A stretch of 64,000 nucleotides of DNA from Candidatus Aenigmatarchaeota archaeon (GCA_016432325.1 CP066684.1:768001-832000), one strand, 5' to 3'. Shown: positions 47,734-57,926, counted from the first letter of the stretch. Notes: generated from the sequence alone by a model not told the origin. Program-made: numbers and translations.

Positions 47734-49002
47734 ATGATCGACATAGAACTCCTGAGAAAAGATGCGGACGCAGTGCGCGCGAATCTCGCGCGCCGCCACA
47801 AGCCCGAGCTGCTCGAACTGCTGGACTCGGTCATCGAGATGGACGAAAAATGGAGAAAGGCGCAAGGCGAACTGGACGCTCTGCGCGCCAAGCGCAACGA
47901 GCTCACCGAACAGATACGCAAGAAGAAAGACGCGAAGCTGATAGCGCAAGCGCGCGACGCCAGCGCGCATGTGAAGGCCCTCGAAGACGAAGTGGCGTTC
48001 CTCAAGCCGAAGCTTGATTTCGAGCTCTCAAAGATTCCTGTGATGCTGCACAAAGACGTGCCGGACGGAAAAGACGCGAACGACAATCCCGTCGTCCGTA
48101 CGTGGGGCAAGCAGACAAAACCGAAATTCGCGCTCGCGTCTCATGGGGAACTTATCGAGGCTCTGGGAATCGGGGACTTCGACAGGGCGTCGGAGATCGC
48201 CGGACGCGGATTCAACTACATCATGGGCGACCTGGCTCTTCTTGACAGGGCGCTGCAGGCGTATGGAATTGAATTTCTGATAAAGAACGGCTTCAGGTTC
48301 GTCGAGCCGCCGCTGATGATAAGGAAGCGCCCGATGGAAGGCACAACGGACTTCCAGGCGTTCATAGACGTCCTCTACAAGATAGAAGGGGAAGACCTGT
48401 ACCTCATTCCTTCGTCCGAGAACTCGCTCGTCCCGTTCTATATGGACCAAGTCATCGATGAAGACGAACTGCCGCTAAAGATAGTCGGCGTCAGCCCGTG
48501 CTTCCGCAAGGAGATCGGTTCGCACAGCGTCGACACCAAGGGTCTCTACCGCATGCACCAGTTCAACAAGGTCGAGGAAGTCGTAATCTGCAAACCCGAA
48601 GACTCGTGGAAGTGGTTCGAGAAATTGCAGGCGATAAGCGAGGATATTTTGCAGTCGCTCAAGATACCTTACCGCGTCGTCGACATCTGCACAGGCGATA
48701 TCGGCTCGAAACAGTCGCGCCAGTACGACATAGAAGCGTGGTTCCCGCGGCAGGGCAAGTACGGCGAGATCACATCCTGTTCGAACTGCGTCGACTATCA
48801 GGCGCGCGGCCTGAACATGAAGTACGGCAAGCGCGGCGGCTCGCGCGCGTTCGTGCACACTCTGAACAACACGTGCGTCGCCACTTCGCGCATAATGGTC
48901 GCGATTCTCGAGAACTTCCAGAACGAGGACGGCACAGTCGACGTTCCGAAGGTGCTGTGGCCGTACATGATGGGACGGAAGACGATTGGGAAGGCGAAGT
49001 GA
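47734..49002 (+). CDS. serS: Seryl-tRNA synthetase
   Basis: CFRKEIG, GLYRMHQFNKVE, EITSCSNC, HTLNNT. Confidence 0.95.
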   Translation: MIDIELLRKDADAVRANLARRHKPELLELLDSVIEMDEKWRKAQGELDALRAKRNELTEQIRKKKDAKLIAQARDASAHVKALEDEVAFLKPKLDFELSKIPVMLHKDVPDGKDANDNPVVRTWGKQTKPKFALASHGELIEALGIGDFDRASEIAGRGFNYIMGDLALLDRALQAYGIEFLIKNGFRFVEPPLMIRKRPMEGTTDFQAFIDVLYKIEGEDLYLIPSSENSLVPFYMDQVIDEDELPLKIVGVSPCFRKEIGSHSVDTKGLYRMHQFNKVEEVVICKPEDSWKWFEKLQAISEDILQSLKIPYRVVDICTGDIGSKQSRQYDIEAWFPRQGKYGEITSCSNCVDYQARGLNMKYGKRGGSRAFVHTLNNTCVATSRIMVAILENFQNEDGTVDVPKVLWPYMMGRKTIGKAK

Positions 49003-49007
49003 CGCGT

Positions 49008-49526
49008 ATGGAAGACCTTCACGCACGATGGCCGCATCGGTGGCTGACGCCGAAGGCTGTCGTGAAATCCTCTAGAATACACGGTTTGGGAATTTTCTGC
49101 GGGGGGGACATCGCCAAAGGAGAGACCGTTCTTGTTGCCGGCGGTGTAATAGTCCCGTGCTCTGAAATATCCGAGTATCGCAAGATAATGGGCATCGATG
49201 TGGGCGCCCAGATAGACGACGACTTCTTTATATGCCCAACGAACAGGGAAGAACTTGAAGATAGGGGAGTTGTCAATCACTCGTGCAATCCAAATATCGG
49301 CATGGTAAATTCAATATCGCTGGGAGCCTTACGAAAAATAAGAGCCGATGAAGAACTCGTAATGGACTACGCCTTCCACGAAACGTCGTTTGAGCCCTTC
49401 AAATGCAACTGCGGCTCCGCGAACTGCCGCGGCACGATAAGACCGACGGACTGGCGGCTGCCCGAACTGCAGAAGAAGTACGGCAAGTACTTCTCGCCGT
49501 ACCTGCAAAGGAAGTTCATGAAATAG
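49008..49526 (+). CDS. SET-domain protein-lysine methyltransferase with post-SET motif
   Basis: SRIHGLGIF, NHSCNPN, EELVMDY, CNCGSANCRG. Confidence 0.88.
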   Translation: MEDLHARWPHRWLTPKAVVKSSRIHGLGIFCGGDIAKGETVLVAGGVIVPCSEISEYRKIMGIDVGAQIDDDFFICPTNREELEDRGVVNHSCNPNIGMVNSISLGALRKIRADEELVMDYAFHETSFEPFKCNCGSANCRGTIRPTDWRLPELQKKYGKYFSPYLQRKFMK

Positions 49527-50174
49527 TCATTTAACAAACTTGACTTTCGCTTCTCCGTCTTTCAACTCTACCACGCTCAAAGCCGTCGCCGTGTTAAGAA
49601 TCGTCGTCTTGCCGACCTTGTAGATTCCTTTCGCCTCGTGTATGTGTCCGCACACTATAAGCAGGGGCTGGAAGTCGTCTACTATCTTTCTCAGGCCTTC
49701 GTCTCCTGCGTCCTCGTCAAAGCCCCACGCGGTAGCGAAGTCGGCCTTGGTCTTGTATGGGGGTATGTGGTTCACTATGATGGTTCGTTCAGGCTTGCAG
49801 CCCTTCAGGACGCTCTTCAGCACGTCAGAACGCAGATGGCGGAACGCGTAGACCAGAGGAAGAGAAAGATCCATCAGACCCACAATCGTGTAACCGTTCA
49901 GCTCGACTTTTTCCATCCCAAGCAGGTGGAAGGCCGGGCTGGCGAGCGCGACTATCTTGAGAAACTCCGGGTCATCGAAGTTCCCTGCAACGACGTACGC
50001 CGGGACTCCGAGATTCGCTATGCCCTCCGCGACATCCTCGGCGCTGCCGTCTTCCCACGGATGGGGAATCATGTCGCCTGCGTACAGAAAGGCAGCGGGC
50101 TTCTCCTTCTTCACAACCTTCTCAAGACTCTTCGGCAGCGTGCCGTGGAAATCCGAGCCACATAAGAGTTTCAT
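49527..50174 (-). CDS. Calcineurin-like metallophosphoesterase (Icc-like)
   Basis: SDFHG, AGD, GNFD, HIPP, GHIHE. Confidence 0.85.
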   Translation of the reverse strand: MKLLCGSDFHGTLPKSLEKVVKKEKPAAFLYAGDMIPHPWEDGSAEDVAEGIANLGVPAYVVAGNFDDPEFLKIVALASPAFHLLGMEKVELNGYTIVGLMDLSLPLVYAFRHLRSDVLKSVLKGCKPERTIIVNHIPPYKTKADFATAWGFDEDAGDEGLRKIVDDFQPLLIVCGHIHEAKGIYKVGKTTILNTATALSVVELKDGEAKVKFVK

Positions 50175-50279
50175 CGAGCCTCACCATACGCCTCGATGAG
50201 ACTTTCAAACCGCAGTTTGATATGCTTCATACGTTGCCTACGTTCGCAGGTATAAAAAAGGTTGTTTCGTACGTAGCGT

Positions 50280-52322
50280 ATGGCGACGCTTGTCATCGCG
50301 GAAAAGCCCAAGGCCGCAGAGAAGATTGCCGCCGCGCTGGGAACGCCTAAAGCGTCAAAGAAGGGCAAGGCCGTTTTTTACGAAGTGCAGCACGACGGAG
50401 ACACTATTTACGTCGTCCCGTCTGTCGGTCATATCTTTTCTTTAAAACAGAAAGGCAAAGGATGGACTTACCCAATCTTCGATATCGAGTGGCTGCCTTC
50501 GTTCGAGGTTTCGAAGAGCTCCAAGTTCACCAAAGCGTATTACGACAATCTGGCGAAGATTGCAAAGAAATGCAGCGATTTCGTCATCGCAACGGACTTC
50601 GATACGGAAGGTTCGGTCATCGGTTACAACATTCTTCGCTTCATCTGCGAAACGGACGACGCGAGGCGTATGAAGTTTTCGACGCTCACGACGGACGAGC
50701 TCCGCGAGGCGTATGAAAGCGCGGGTCCCCTCGACACGCCGCAGATAGAAGCCGGCCTTGCGCGGCACGTGCTCGATTGGCTATGGGGCATCAACGCGTC
50801 CCGCGCGCTTACAAAAGCCATAAACTCCGGCGGCAAGGGCTTCACTTTGATGAGTACGGGACGCGTTCAGGGTCCGTCGCTGAAACTGCTCGCAGATCGC
50901 GAACGCGAAATCCGCGCGTTCAAGTCCGAACCCTACTGGGACATCGAGGCTGACGTCGACGGTCCGTTGACCGTGTTCTGCGAAGAAGAACACATCCCCG
51001 AAAAGGAAAGGACAATTGAGATAAAGGACGCTTGTGGAAAAACGGCCACCGTAGAATCGCTGGACAAAAAGGAGTACAAGCAAGCGCCTCCGACGCCTTT
51101 CGATCTGACGTCGCTGCAGATGGACGCCTACGCCGCTTTCGGATTTTCGCCTTCTGCGACGCTGTCGCTCGCGCAGTCGTTGTATACGGAAGGATTGATT
51201 TCGTATCCGCGCACGTCTTCGCAGAAACTGCCGGCGAAGCTCGGTCTTGAGCGTATCTTGAAAGCGCTGGCCGAGCAGAAAGCCTATGCGGCGCACGTAT
51301 GCTCGCTTCCAACTCCTCTGCAGCCGAACGAAGGCCCGAAGAGCGACGCGGCTCACCCGGCGATACACCCCACTGGAGAAAAGCCCGCGGCGTTGACGGC
51401 AGACCAGAAAAAGCTCTACGACATGGTCGTTCATCGTTTCATCGCGACGTTCGCGAAGCCCGCGACGCGCGAAACCGTCAGGCTCGTGCTGGACATAAAC
51501 GGCATCGCGTTCTCCGCGTCCGGAAACAGAACCGTGGATCCTCAATGGCGCGAGATTTACAAATTCTCGAAGCACAAGGAAGTCATTCTTCCCGCACTGA
51601 CGAAGGGACAGGAGCTGAACGTTCTGGACGTTCGCGTTCTCGACAAGGAGACGCAGCCGCCGAAACGCTATACAGAAGCGTCGCTTGTCCACGAACTCGA
51701 GAAAAGGTCTTTGGGCACGAAAGCGACGAGGTCTGAGATCATCCGCACGCTCTACGAACGTTCATACGTCAAGGACAGGTCCATCGTTGTCACGGAACTC
51801 GGTCTCGGGGTCATAGGCACGTTGGAAAAGTATGTGCCTGAAATCCTCTCCGAGGAGATGACCCGTTCGTTCGAGCAGGAGATGGAATCTATAATGGAGA
51901 ACAGGTCCACGAAAGAAAAGGTCATCGAAGGCGCGAAGAAGGAACTGACGACGCTTCTGGTGAAGTTCAAGGACCACGAGAAGGACATAGGCGCGGAGCT
52001 TGGTCCGCTGCTCGCCGAGACGCGCAAGCGTGCGTACACTGTAGGCCCGTGCCAGAAGTGCGGCGGCGAGCTGAAGATTGTGACAGCCAAGGCATCCAGG
52101 AAGCGCTTCGTCGGTTGTACAGGATATCCGAAGTGCGAATCTGGCTACCCGTTACCCCAGTACGGCCTGATAAAGACAGGCGGCGTGAAGTGCAAGACGT
52201 GCGGTCTGCCGACGGTCTTGATAATAAGGAAGGGCAAGAGGCCGTGGAACATGTGCATAGACCCGAAGTGTACGTCTAAGACGGAGTGGGGCAAGTCCAA
52301 GGATGCCGCGCAAACACCTTGA
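50280..52322 (+). CDS. topA: Type IA DNA topoisomerase with C-terminal Zn ribbons
   Basis: IAEKP, ATDFDTEG, GRVQGP, ISYPRT, AHPAIHPT, LGTKATR. Confidence 0.95.
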   Translation: MATLVIAEKPKAAEKIAAALGTPKASKKGKAVFYEVQHDGDTIYVVPSVGHIFSLKQKGKGWTYPIFDIEWLPSFEVSKSSKFTKAYYDNLAKIAKKCSDFVIATDFDTEGSVIGYNILRFICETDDARRMKFSTLTTDELREAYESAGPLDTPQIEAGLARHVLDWLWGINASRALTKAINSGGKGFTLMSTGRVQGPSLKLLADREREIRAFKSEPYWDIEADVDGPLTVFCEEEHIPEKERTIEIKDACGKTATVESLDKKEYKQAPPTPFDLTSLQMDAYAAFGFSPSATLSLAQSLYTEGLISYPRTSSQKLPAKLGLERILKALAEQKAYAAHVCSLPTPLQPNEGPKSDAAHPAIHPTGEKPAALTADQKKLYDMVVHRFIATFAKPATRETVRLVLDINGIAFSASGNRTVDPQWREIYKFSKHKEVILPALTKGQELNVLDVRVLDKETQPPKRYTEASLVHELEKRSLGTKATRSEIIRTLYERSYVKDRSIVVTELGLGVIGTLEKYVPEILSEEMTRSFEQEMESIMENRSTKEKVIEGAKKELTTLLVKFKDHEKDIGAELGPLLAETRKRAYTVGPCQKCGGELKIVTAKASRKRFVGCTGYPKCESGYPLPQYGLIKTGGVKCKTCGLPTVLIIRKGKRPWNMCIDPKCTSKTEWGKSKDAAQTP

Positions 52323-52360
52323 CATACCCGTTATTAATAGATTCGTCCTCTATCCGAAGT

Positions 52361-53224
52361 ATGCTATTGGACTTTGTCGTTGATGGCCATGGCAAAACCA
52401 AGATCTTTGTCGAACGGCTTGAAACGCTTTTTGGTGCGACGTTTGTGGCGGCGTCACCGAACCACCCGCTGAGCCATGGAAAGCCTCTGGGAAGTTTTAC
52501 CGGAGCATACGCGGCCAATCCCGTCAACAACGAGAAAATTCCTGTTTGGGTTGCGGCGTATGTCAGAGACGGAGCCGTCGCGGCCGTTCCCGCTCACAGC
52601 CAAGCGGACTATGTGTTTGCAAAGGAACACGGACTACCCATCAGAACAGTAATCGAACCGCTAACAGGCGAGCCTCAGCAAAATCCCGAACTCCGACGCA
52701 GTATAGTCGCGCTTGTTGCAAATCCGCAGACAAACCAAATCCTCTCCATTAACTGGGGGCCGCAGGCCGGAGGCAATCTTCTCATAGGAGGCGGCCGCGA
52801 AGAAAATGAAGATCCCGTTGAGTGCGCTAAACGGGAGATAGCCGAAGAGACAGGGTATAGAGACGTGACGTTGGTCGCACAGTCCGAGCGCATCCACCAC
52901 CGCTACTTTGCGCACTCGAAGAACAAGGCTCGCCAGATAGAAGCGATCGGCCTTTTCTTCAATCTGCAGAGCAACGAAAGGATAAATCCAAAACTAGAGG
53001 CAGACGAAGTTGGCAGGTTTAAAGTCGAATGGCTTTCCGAACCCGATGCGGCGGAACGGATCAGAGACGAACTCCATCGTTACGTGTTCGCCAAATTCAT
53101 CAGGGACGAAGTTCACAGCGGCGAAGGCATCCTCATTAACTCCGGCAATTATAGCGGTATGAATTCGAGACAAGCCTGCGAACAGATGACGAAGGACTTC
53201 GTAACCCAGATCGAACAGCGTTGA
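52361..53224 (+). CDS. Free-standing bacterial-type LeuRS editing (CP1) domain with inserted NUDIX hydrolase
   Basis: TLFGATF, FTGAYAANP, IPVWVAAYV, AVPAH, GLPIRTVI / GGGREENEDPVECAKREIAEETG / GILINSG. Confidence 0.78.
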   Translation: MLLDFVVDGHGKTKIFVERLETLFGATFVAASPNHPLSHGKPLGSFTGAYAANPVNNEKIPVWVAAYVRDGAVAAVPAHSQADYVFAKEHGLPIRTVIEPLTGEPQQNPELRRSIVALVANPQTNQILSINWGPQAGGNLLIGGGREENEDPVECAKREIAEETGYRDVTLVAQSERIHHRYFAHSKNKARQIEAIGLFFNLQSNERINPKLEADEVGRFKVEWLSEPDAAERIRDELHRYVFAKFIRDEVHSGEGILINSGNYSGMNSRQACEQMTKDFVTQIEQR

Positions 53225-53262
53225 GTAAAACGTTATTTATTCTGGACGCGCGCACGTAAAAC

Positions 53263-54915
53263 ATGCGCAAGGGAGTCTCGGCGTTGATAGTGTCCATATT
53301 CCTGGTTATCGTGACCGTTGCGCTCACATACGCGTTCCTCGCATGGTCGCAGAGCACGCAGCAGGAGATTCAGGAACGGGTCGGCGAAGGAGGCGAGCGC
53401 CAGACCGGTTCGTTAAGCGCAGGCCTCGCCGTCGTCGCAGTCGCAGACAACCAAATCTCGATAAAGAATACCGGCAGGAACGTCGTCGAGACGTCAAAGA
53501 TAGACATTCTTATTGACGGCAAGAGGGCGGCGAGCGTCCCGGACCGCGCGAGCATAGGGCCGGGTCAGGTGGCTGTCGTGAACGTAACGAACTTCGTGCC
53601 CGGCGTGCGCAAGGTGCGCGTCTCCGGACCGCTTGGCACGTCTGACGAAACGCAGGAGCCGCTCCTGTATCCGGGCACTGTCGCCTTCTACGACTTTTTG
53701 CCAGAAGACGAAGCGAGAGTCAAAGACAGCGCCGCAGGACACAACGACGGCGCGCTTAACGGGACGACTGAGCTTGCACTGCATTTCGATGAGAGCCGCG
53801 GAGACCTCGCACAGGACGCGAGCGTGAACGCTAACGACGGGATTCTGAAGAACGGAGCAACGTGGACGTCGGGCGTGAGCCGCAGCGGCGTGAAGTTAGA
53901 CGGTTCCAACGACTTTGTGGAGGTTTCACACTCCACATCACTCAACGCAGTCAACGCATGGACGCTCGAAGCGTGGGTCAACGCCGACGCTTTTGCAAGC
54001 GAGTCTTACATAATATCCAAGCAAGCCGCTGGGAGCGTACAGACACCTTACGGCATGGCAATCAAAGGCAGCGGCGGAACCCTGACGGCATGGTACTACG
54101 ATTCGGCATGGCGGGAAGTGCCCTATAGCTTTGCTTTCCAGCCCGGCGTTTGGTATCATGTCGCGGCGACCTTCGACGGCACGTCGATCCGCGTATACCT
54201 GAACGGAGAACAAAAAGCTACAGGAGCGTCAGGCGGTTCGCCTCCGAGCACAACAGCCCCTGTTTCCCTTGGGTGGTCTGGCGGATATGCCGATGCGGCG
54301 CATGCTTGGAAAGGCACAATAGACGAAGTGGCAATCCACACACGTGCGCTCTCGCCTCAAGATGTCAAAAAACGTTTCGACGCCAAGCGCGTTCTCTTCT
54401 CCGATTACGTTGACGGACCATTGAACTCGGCGCTGAATCTCGACGGGCGTTCGCATGTGCGCGTCCCGGATTCGCAGGCGCTTGACATATTCTCCACCAT
54501 AACCATGGAAGCGTGGGTGAGCCCCAAACAGTCGTCGGGCCAGCAAACCGTGCTCTGGAAGGAAGGCGCGTACGCTCTGTGGATCGACTCGGCGAACAGG
54601 ATAACGGCCCGCGTCTGGCCTCAGGGAAGCAGCGCCGCGCAGATAACATCTGACGTAGCGTTAGGCGCGAACTCCTGGAGCCACGTTGTCGCGACAGCCG
54701 ACGGAGAGACTCTCGAGATATACGTCAACGGCGCGCTCGTCAAGTCAGGCACCTACGCTGGGCAGATACAGCCCACGGAAACCCCGCTGTTCGTGGGAGC
54801 AGCGGACGCATCTCTGACGAATCCCTTTAACGGCGCCATCGAATACGCGGCCATCTACAAGACCGCGCTCTCCGCAGACCAAATAAACGAGATATACGAC
54901 GCCGGAAAGGCCTAA
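53263..54915 (+). CDS. Type IV pilin-like protein with two LamG domains
   Basis: MRKGVSALIVSIFL class III signal; WTLEAWV/WYHVAAT and ITMEAWV/WSHVVAT. Confidence 0.82.
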   Translation: MRKGVSALIVSIFLVIVTVALTYAFLAWSQSTQQEIQERVGEGGERQTGSLSAGLAVVAVADNQISIKNTGRNVVETSKIDILIDGKRAASVPDRASIGPGQVAVVNVTNFVPGVRKVRVSGPLGTSDETQEPLLYPGTVAFYDFLPEDEARVKDSAAGHNDGALNGTTELALHFDESRGDLAQDASVNANDGILKNGATWTSGVSRSGVKLDGSNDFVEVSHSTSLNAVNAWTLEAWVNADAFASESYIISKQAAGSVQTPYGMAIKGSGGTLTAWYYDSAWREVPYSFAFQPGVWYHVAATFDGTSIRVYLNGEQKATGASGGSPPSTTAPVSLGWSGGYADAAHAWKGTIDEVAIHTRALSPQDVKKRFDAKRVLFSDYVDGPLNSALNLDGRSHVRVPDSQALDIFSTITMEAWVSPKQSSGQQTVLWKEGAYALWIDSANRITARVWPQGSSAAQITSDVALGANSWSHVVATADGETLEIYVNGALVKSGTYAGQIQPTETPLFVGAADASLTNPFNGAIEYAAIYKTALSADQINEIYDAGKA

Positions 54916-55007
54916 GGGACGATTGCGAGGCTCTTCAGGAGGAAGTAGAATATGACAAGTCCTAGAATAATCATCATCACTGTTAGCTGGTCGATTTTGA
55001 ATTCCAT
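54912..55007 (-). CDS. 31-aa single-TM peptide
   Basis: MEFKIDQLTVMMIILGLVIFYFLLKSLAIVP; start overlaps the upstream TAA. Confidence 0.35.
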   Translation of the reverse strand: MEFKIDQLTVMMIILGLVIFYFLLKSLAIVP

Positions 55008-55225
55008 TATCCCACCCTCTCTTCGAGGTCCTTAAGACGGGGTTCTATGACGAATTTCAGATAACCCACAATATAAAAGGATAGCGCAGCTGTCAAGACG
55101 AGATATTTCTGCGGTTCGGTTAAGAAGCCAGTATAGAGTATCTGGTATATTATCCACAGGGTTGGCAGTACGAGACTTGCATACCTCAGAAACCTCTCCC
55201 ATCCATTTCTTGGCATGGATAGCAT
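55007..55225 (-). CDS. Small two-TM protein
   Basis: Hydrophobic helices; AT-rich. Confidence 0.45.
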   Translation of the reverse strand: MLSMPRNGWERFLRYASLVLPTLWIIYQILYTGFLTEPQKYLVLTAALSFYIVGYLKFVIEPRLKDLEERVG

Positions 55226-55329
55226 GATTAGGCTTCTAATACTTAAAACAGGCACTACCACTGTGTACGAGAAGCCGCGCTTCTCGACATGCCGGGAAGC
55301 GCCGTTCCCGTGCACAGGGGTAATGACGT

Positions 55330-55980
55330 ATGAAGCAGCTTTTTGACGGAGTCTACGAAAAGAATGGCACGCTTCTCACGCTCAACGCGCGGCCGGGCCA
55401 GCGCGCCTATACGGAGAAACTCGTGAACGTCGGGAACAAGGAGTACAGAGAGTGGATTCCTTCCAAGTCGAAGCTCGGCGCGGCGATAAAAAACGGCCTG
55501 AAGACGTTTCCTTTCACGCGCGCTAGCGCCGTACTCTATCTCGGCTCTTCCACAGGCACGACGCCGTCCCACATCTCCGATATCGTCACGGACGGGACTG
55601 TTTTCTGCGTTGAATTCGCGGAGCGCGTCATGCGCGAATTCCTGCATTTGGCCGAGCAGCGCAAGAACCTGGTCCCGATTCTGGCCGACGCCCGCAAGCC
55701 TCAGGACTATGCGTGGGTCGGTTCCGTGGACGTCGTCTACGAGGACGTGGCGCAGCCGGACCTTGTGGAGATAGGAATCAGAAACGCCGAACGTTTCCTG
55801 AAGGACGGCGGTTGCCTGATGGTAGCGATAAAGTCGCAGAGCATCGACGTCACCGAAAAGCCGGGCGTTACGTACAAGGCGTGCGAACGCAAGCTGAGGG
55901 ACGCAGGCTACAAGGTCGTTGAGACGATTATTCTGGAGCCGTACGAGAAGGACCATGCGATGATTGTGGCGAGGAAATGA
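55330..55980 (+). CDS. flpA: Fibrillarin-like rRNA/tRNA 2'-O-methyltransferase
   Basis: YREWIPSKSKLGA, VLYLG..GTTPSHISD, DVAQP, LEPYEKDH. Confidence 0.95.
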   Translation: MKQLFDGVYEKNGTLLTLNARPGQRAYTEKLVNVGNKEYREWIPSKSKLGAAIKNGLKTFPFTRASAVLYLGSSTGTTPSHISDIVTDGTVFCVEFAERVMREFLHLAEQRKNLVPILADARKPQDYAWVGSVDVVYEDVAQPDLVEIGIRNAERFLKDGGCLMVAIKSQSIDVTEKPGVTYKACERKLRDAGYKVVETIILEPYEKDHAMIVARK

Positions 55981-55981
55981 T

Positions 55982-56087
55982 TGGTAGCGGGGGCACGATT
56001 TGAACGTGCGACCTCAGGGTTATGAGCCTTTAGCCAGCGTGCAAGAAGCACGTTGTCTGCGAGCACTCCAGGCTGCTCCACCCCGCT
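55982..56087 (-). tRNA. Initiator tRNA-Met(CAT) with a 28-nt intron in the anticodon stem (29/30)
   Basis: A1-U72 AGCGGGG/CCCCGCT; CAG[intron]GG-CTCATAA-CCCTG restores the three G-C pairs. Confidence 0.9.
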
Positions 56088-56110
56088 ATGAAGTAGACTG
56101 AGAAAATAGT

Positions 56111-56704
56111 CTATTTAACCGTGTCGAACGCCCGCATCTCTGAAATCTCCAGAGCCAGCTCCGTTGTCGGCGCGGCGTCGGCTTTCGCGGGGCGGAACTT
56201 TCTTACGGCCAGTCTGAGCGCTTCGTCAGGACCAGTGTAGCCGCCGAAGCGCAACTGCATCTCCATAATCGGTTTGGCGGCCGGTGTGAACGGTATGCCG
56301 ACGCTTTTCAGCGTGTGGTATATCTCATCGAGGGTTTTAGGTTCGATTTCTGTAGCGTTGTAAGATGGCCTGAAGCCTGTCGCGCCTCTCTTATTGTAGA
56401 CGTCCCACTGGTGGAACTTGTACTCGTATGCCTTGTCGTGCAGCTCTCCGGGCATGCCCTCGTGCTTCTCGGCCCGCGGGTCTTTCTCCACGCATTCGAT
56501 GGGCCCGTCTTCCGCGATGGATAATCTCTTCGCGCATTTGTAGACTTTGCTCTGCGATGCATCGAAGGCGCGGAGCCTGCGGCTGTTGGCTATGAAGGGA
56601 AGGCTCGGTCTCAGCTTCAGGCCATGGAACTCGTCTATCGTATCAAGAAGCGGGGTATCCAGAGGGTCAGCGATGTCTATCGGCTTGCGCGGACTGGTTG
56701 CCAT
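56111..56704 (-). CDS. Hypothetical protein
   Basis: ORF only. Confidence 0.5.
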   Translation of the reverse strand: MATSPRKPIDIADPLDTPLLDTIDEFHGLKLRPSLPFIANSRRLRAFDASQSKVYKCAKRLSIAEDGPIECVEKDPRAEKHEGMPGELHDKAYEYKFHQWDVYNKRGATGFRPSYNATEIEPKTLDEIYHTLKSVGIPFTPAAKPIMEMQLRFGGYTGPDEALRLAVRKFRPAKADAAPTTELALEISEMRAFDTVK

Positions 56705-56807
56705 GCGTTGCACCAGAACGGTTTAATACCCAAACGGATAAATAGCCTTCATGTTCGCCCGTTCGCGTCATGGCTCCCGGAACGGGGATAATGGAACCCG
56801 CGGTTCC

Positions 56808-57926
56808 ATGTTTGCCAGTTACCAGTCGTGCTTTTCGTGCAAGGCCCGCTATCGCGCGAACGAGCGCGTCTTCCGCTGCGAGCGCTGCAAAGGCTCGCTC
56901 TTGCTCGTGTACGACAGGCTGCCGCAGAGGAAGGCCGTGCGTTCGAAGGCCTTCGCGCTGACGCGTCCTCACCATTGGAAATACTGGATGTTCTATCCTG
57001 TTAGGCGCGAGCGCGCCATTACGATGGAAGAGGGAGGCACGCCTTTGTTGCAGAGCAAGACGCACAACCTGTGGTTCAAATATGAGGGTGAAAACCCGAC
57101 CGGTTCTTTCAAGGACAGGGGCTCTACAGTCGAGATAACGCATGCGAAGGAGTTGGGCGTCTCGCGCGTCCTGTGCGCTTCGACAGGCAACATGGGCGCG
57201 TCCGTTGCCGCGTACGCTTCACGCGCACACATGCAGGCCGAGATATGGCTACCGAAAGGCACGCCTCCTGTAAAGACGCGACAAATAAAGGCGTACGGCG
57301 GACGCGTGGTGCGCTACGGGCGCACGTACAACGAAACACTTGAGAAGACGTTCGAGCTTGCGAAGCGCGCATATCTTGCAGGCGATTACGCTTACAGACT
57401 CGAAGGACAGAAGTCTGTTGCGTTCGAGATTGCGGACCAGCTGAAATGGCGGGTGCCCGATTACGTGGTCGTCCCTGTCGGCATGGGCACTCTTGCCTTC
57501 GCCACGTACAAGGCGTTTGCGGAACTCGAAGCGCTCGGCTTGACGAGCAGGATGCCGCGGCTCGTTGCCGTGCAGGCTGCCGGCTGCGCACCTGTCGTTC
57601 AGGCGTTCGAAAAGAATTCGCACATGATAATACAAGTCAATAATCCGAGAACAATCGCGTCTGCAATCAACTGCGGCTATCCGAACTATGGTCATGAGGT
57701 TCTGCGCGCGCTGCGCAAGACGAAGGGCTTAGCCGTGGCCGTTACTGACAAAGAAATCATTGCGGCGCAGCGCGCGCTTGGCAAGGAGGGAATTTTCGCC
57801 GAGCCCGGAGGCGCGGCTTCGTACGCCGGATTTTTGAAGGCGGGCTTGAAAGGCTCTGTGGTCTGCGTAGTAACGGGTTCTGGACTGAAGGATCCGTTTG
57901 CTGGCGCGAAGAGGCGATCAAAATGA
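56808..57926 (+). CDS. thrC: Threonine synthase-like PLP enzyme
   Basis: N-terminal Zn ribbon, EGGTPL, NPTGSFKDRG, ASTGN, EGQKS, TGSGLKD. Confidence 0.85.
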   Translation: MFASYQSCFSCKARYRANERVFRCERCKGSLLLVYDRLPQRKAVRSKAFALTRPHHWKYWMFYPVRRERAITMEEGGTPLLQSKTHNLWFKYEGENPTGSFKDRGSTVEITHAKELGVSRVLCASTGNMGASVAAYASRAHMQAEIWLPKGTPPVKTRQIKAYGGRVVRYGRTYNETLEKTFELAKRAYLAGDYAYRLEGQKSVAFEIADQLKWRVPDYVVVPVGMGTLAFATYKAFAELEALGLTSRMPRLVAVQAAGCAPVVQAFEKNSHMIIQVNNPRTIASAINCGYPNYGHEVLRALRKTKGLAVAVTDKEIIAAQRALGKEGIFAEPGGAASYAGFLKAGLKGSVVCVVTGSGLKDPFAGAKRRSK

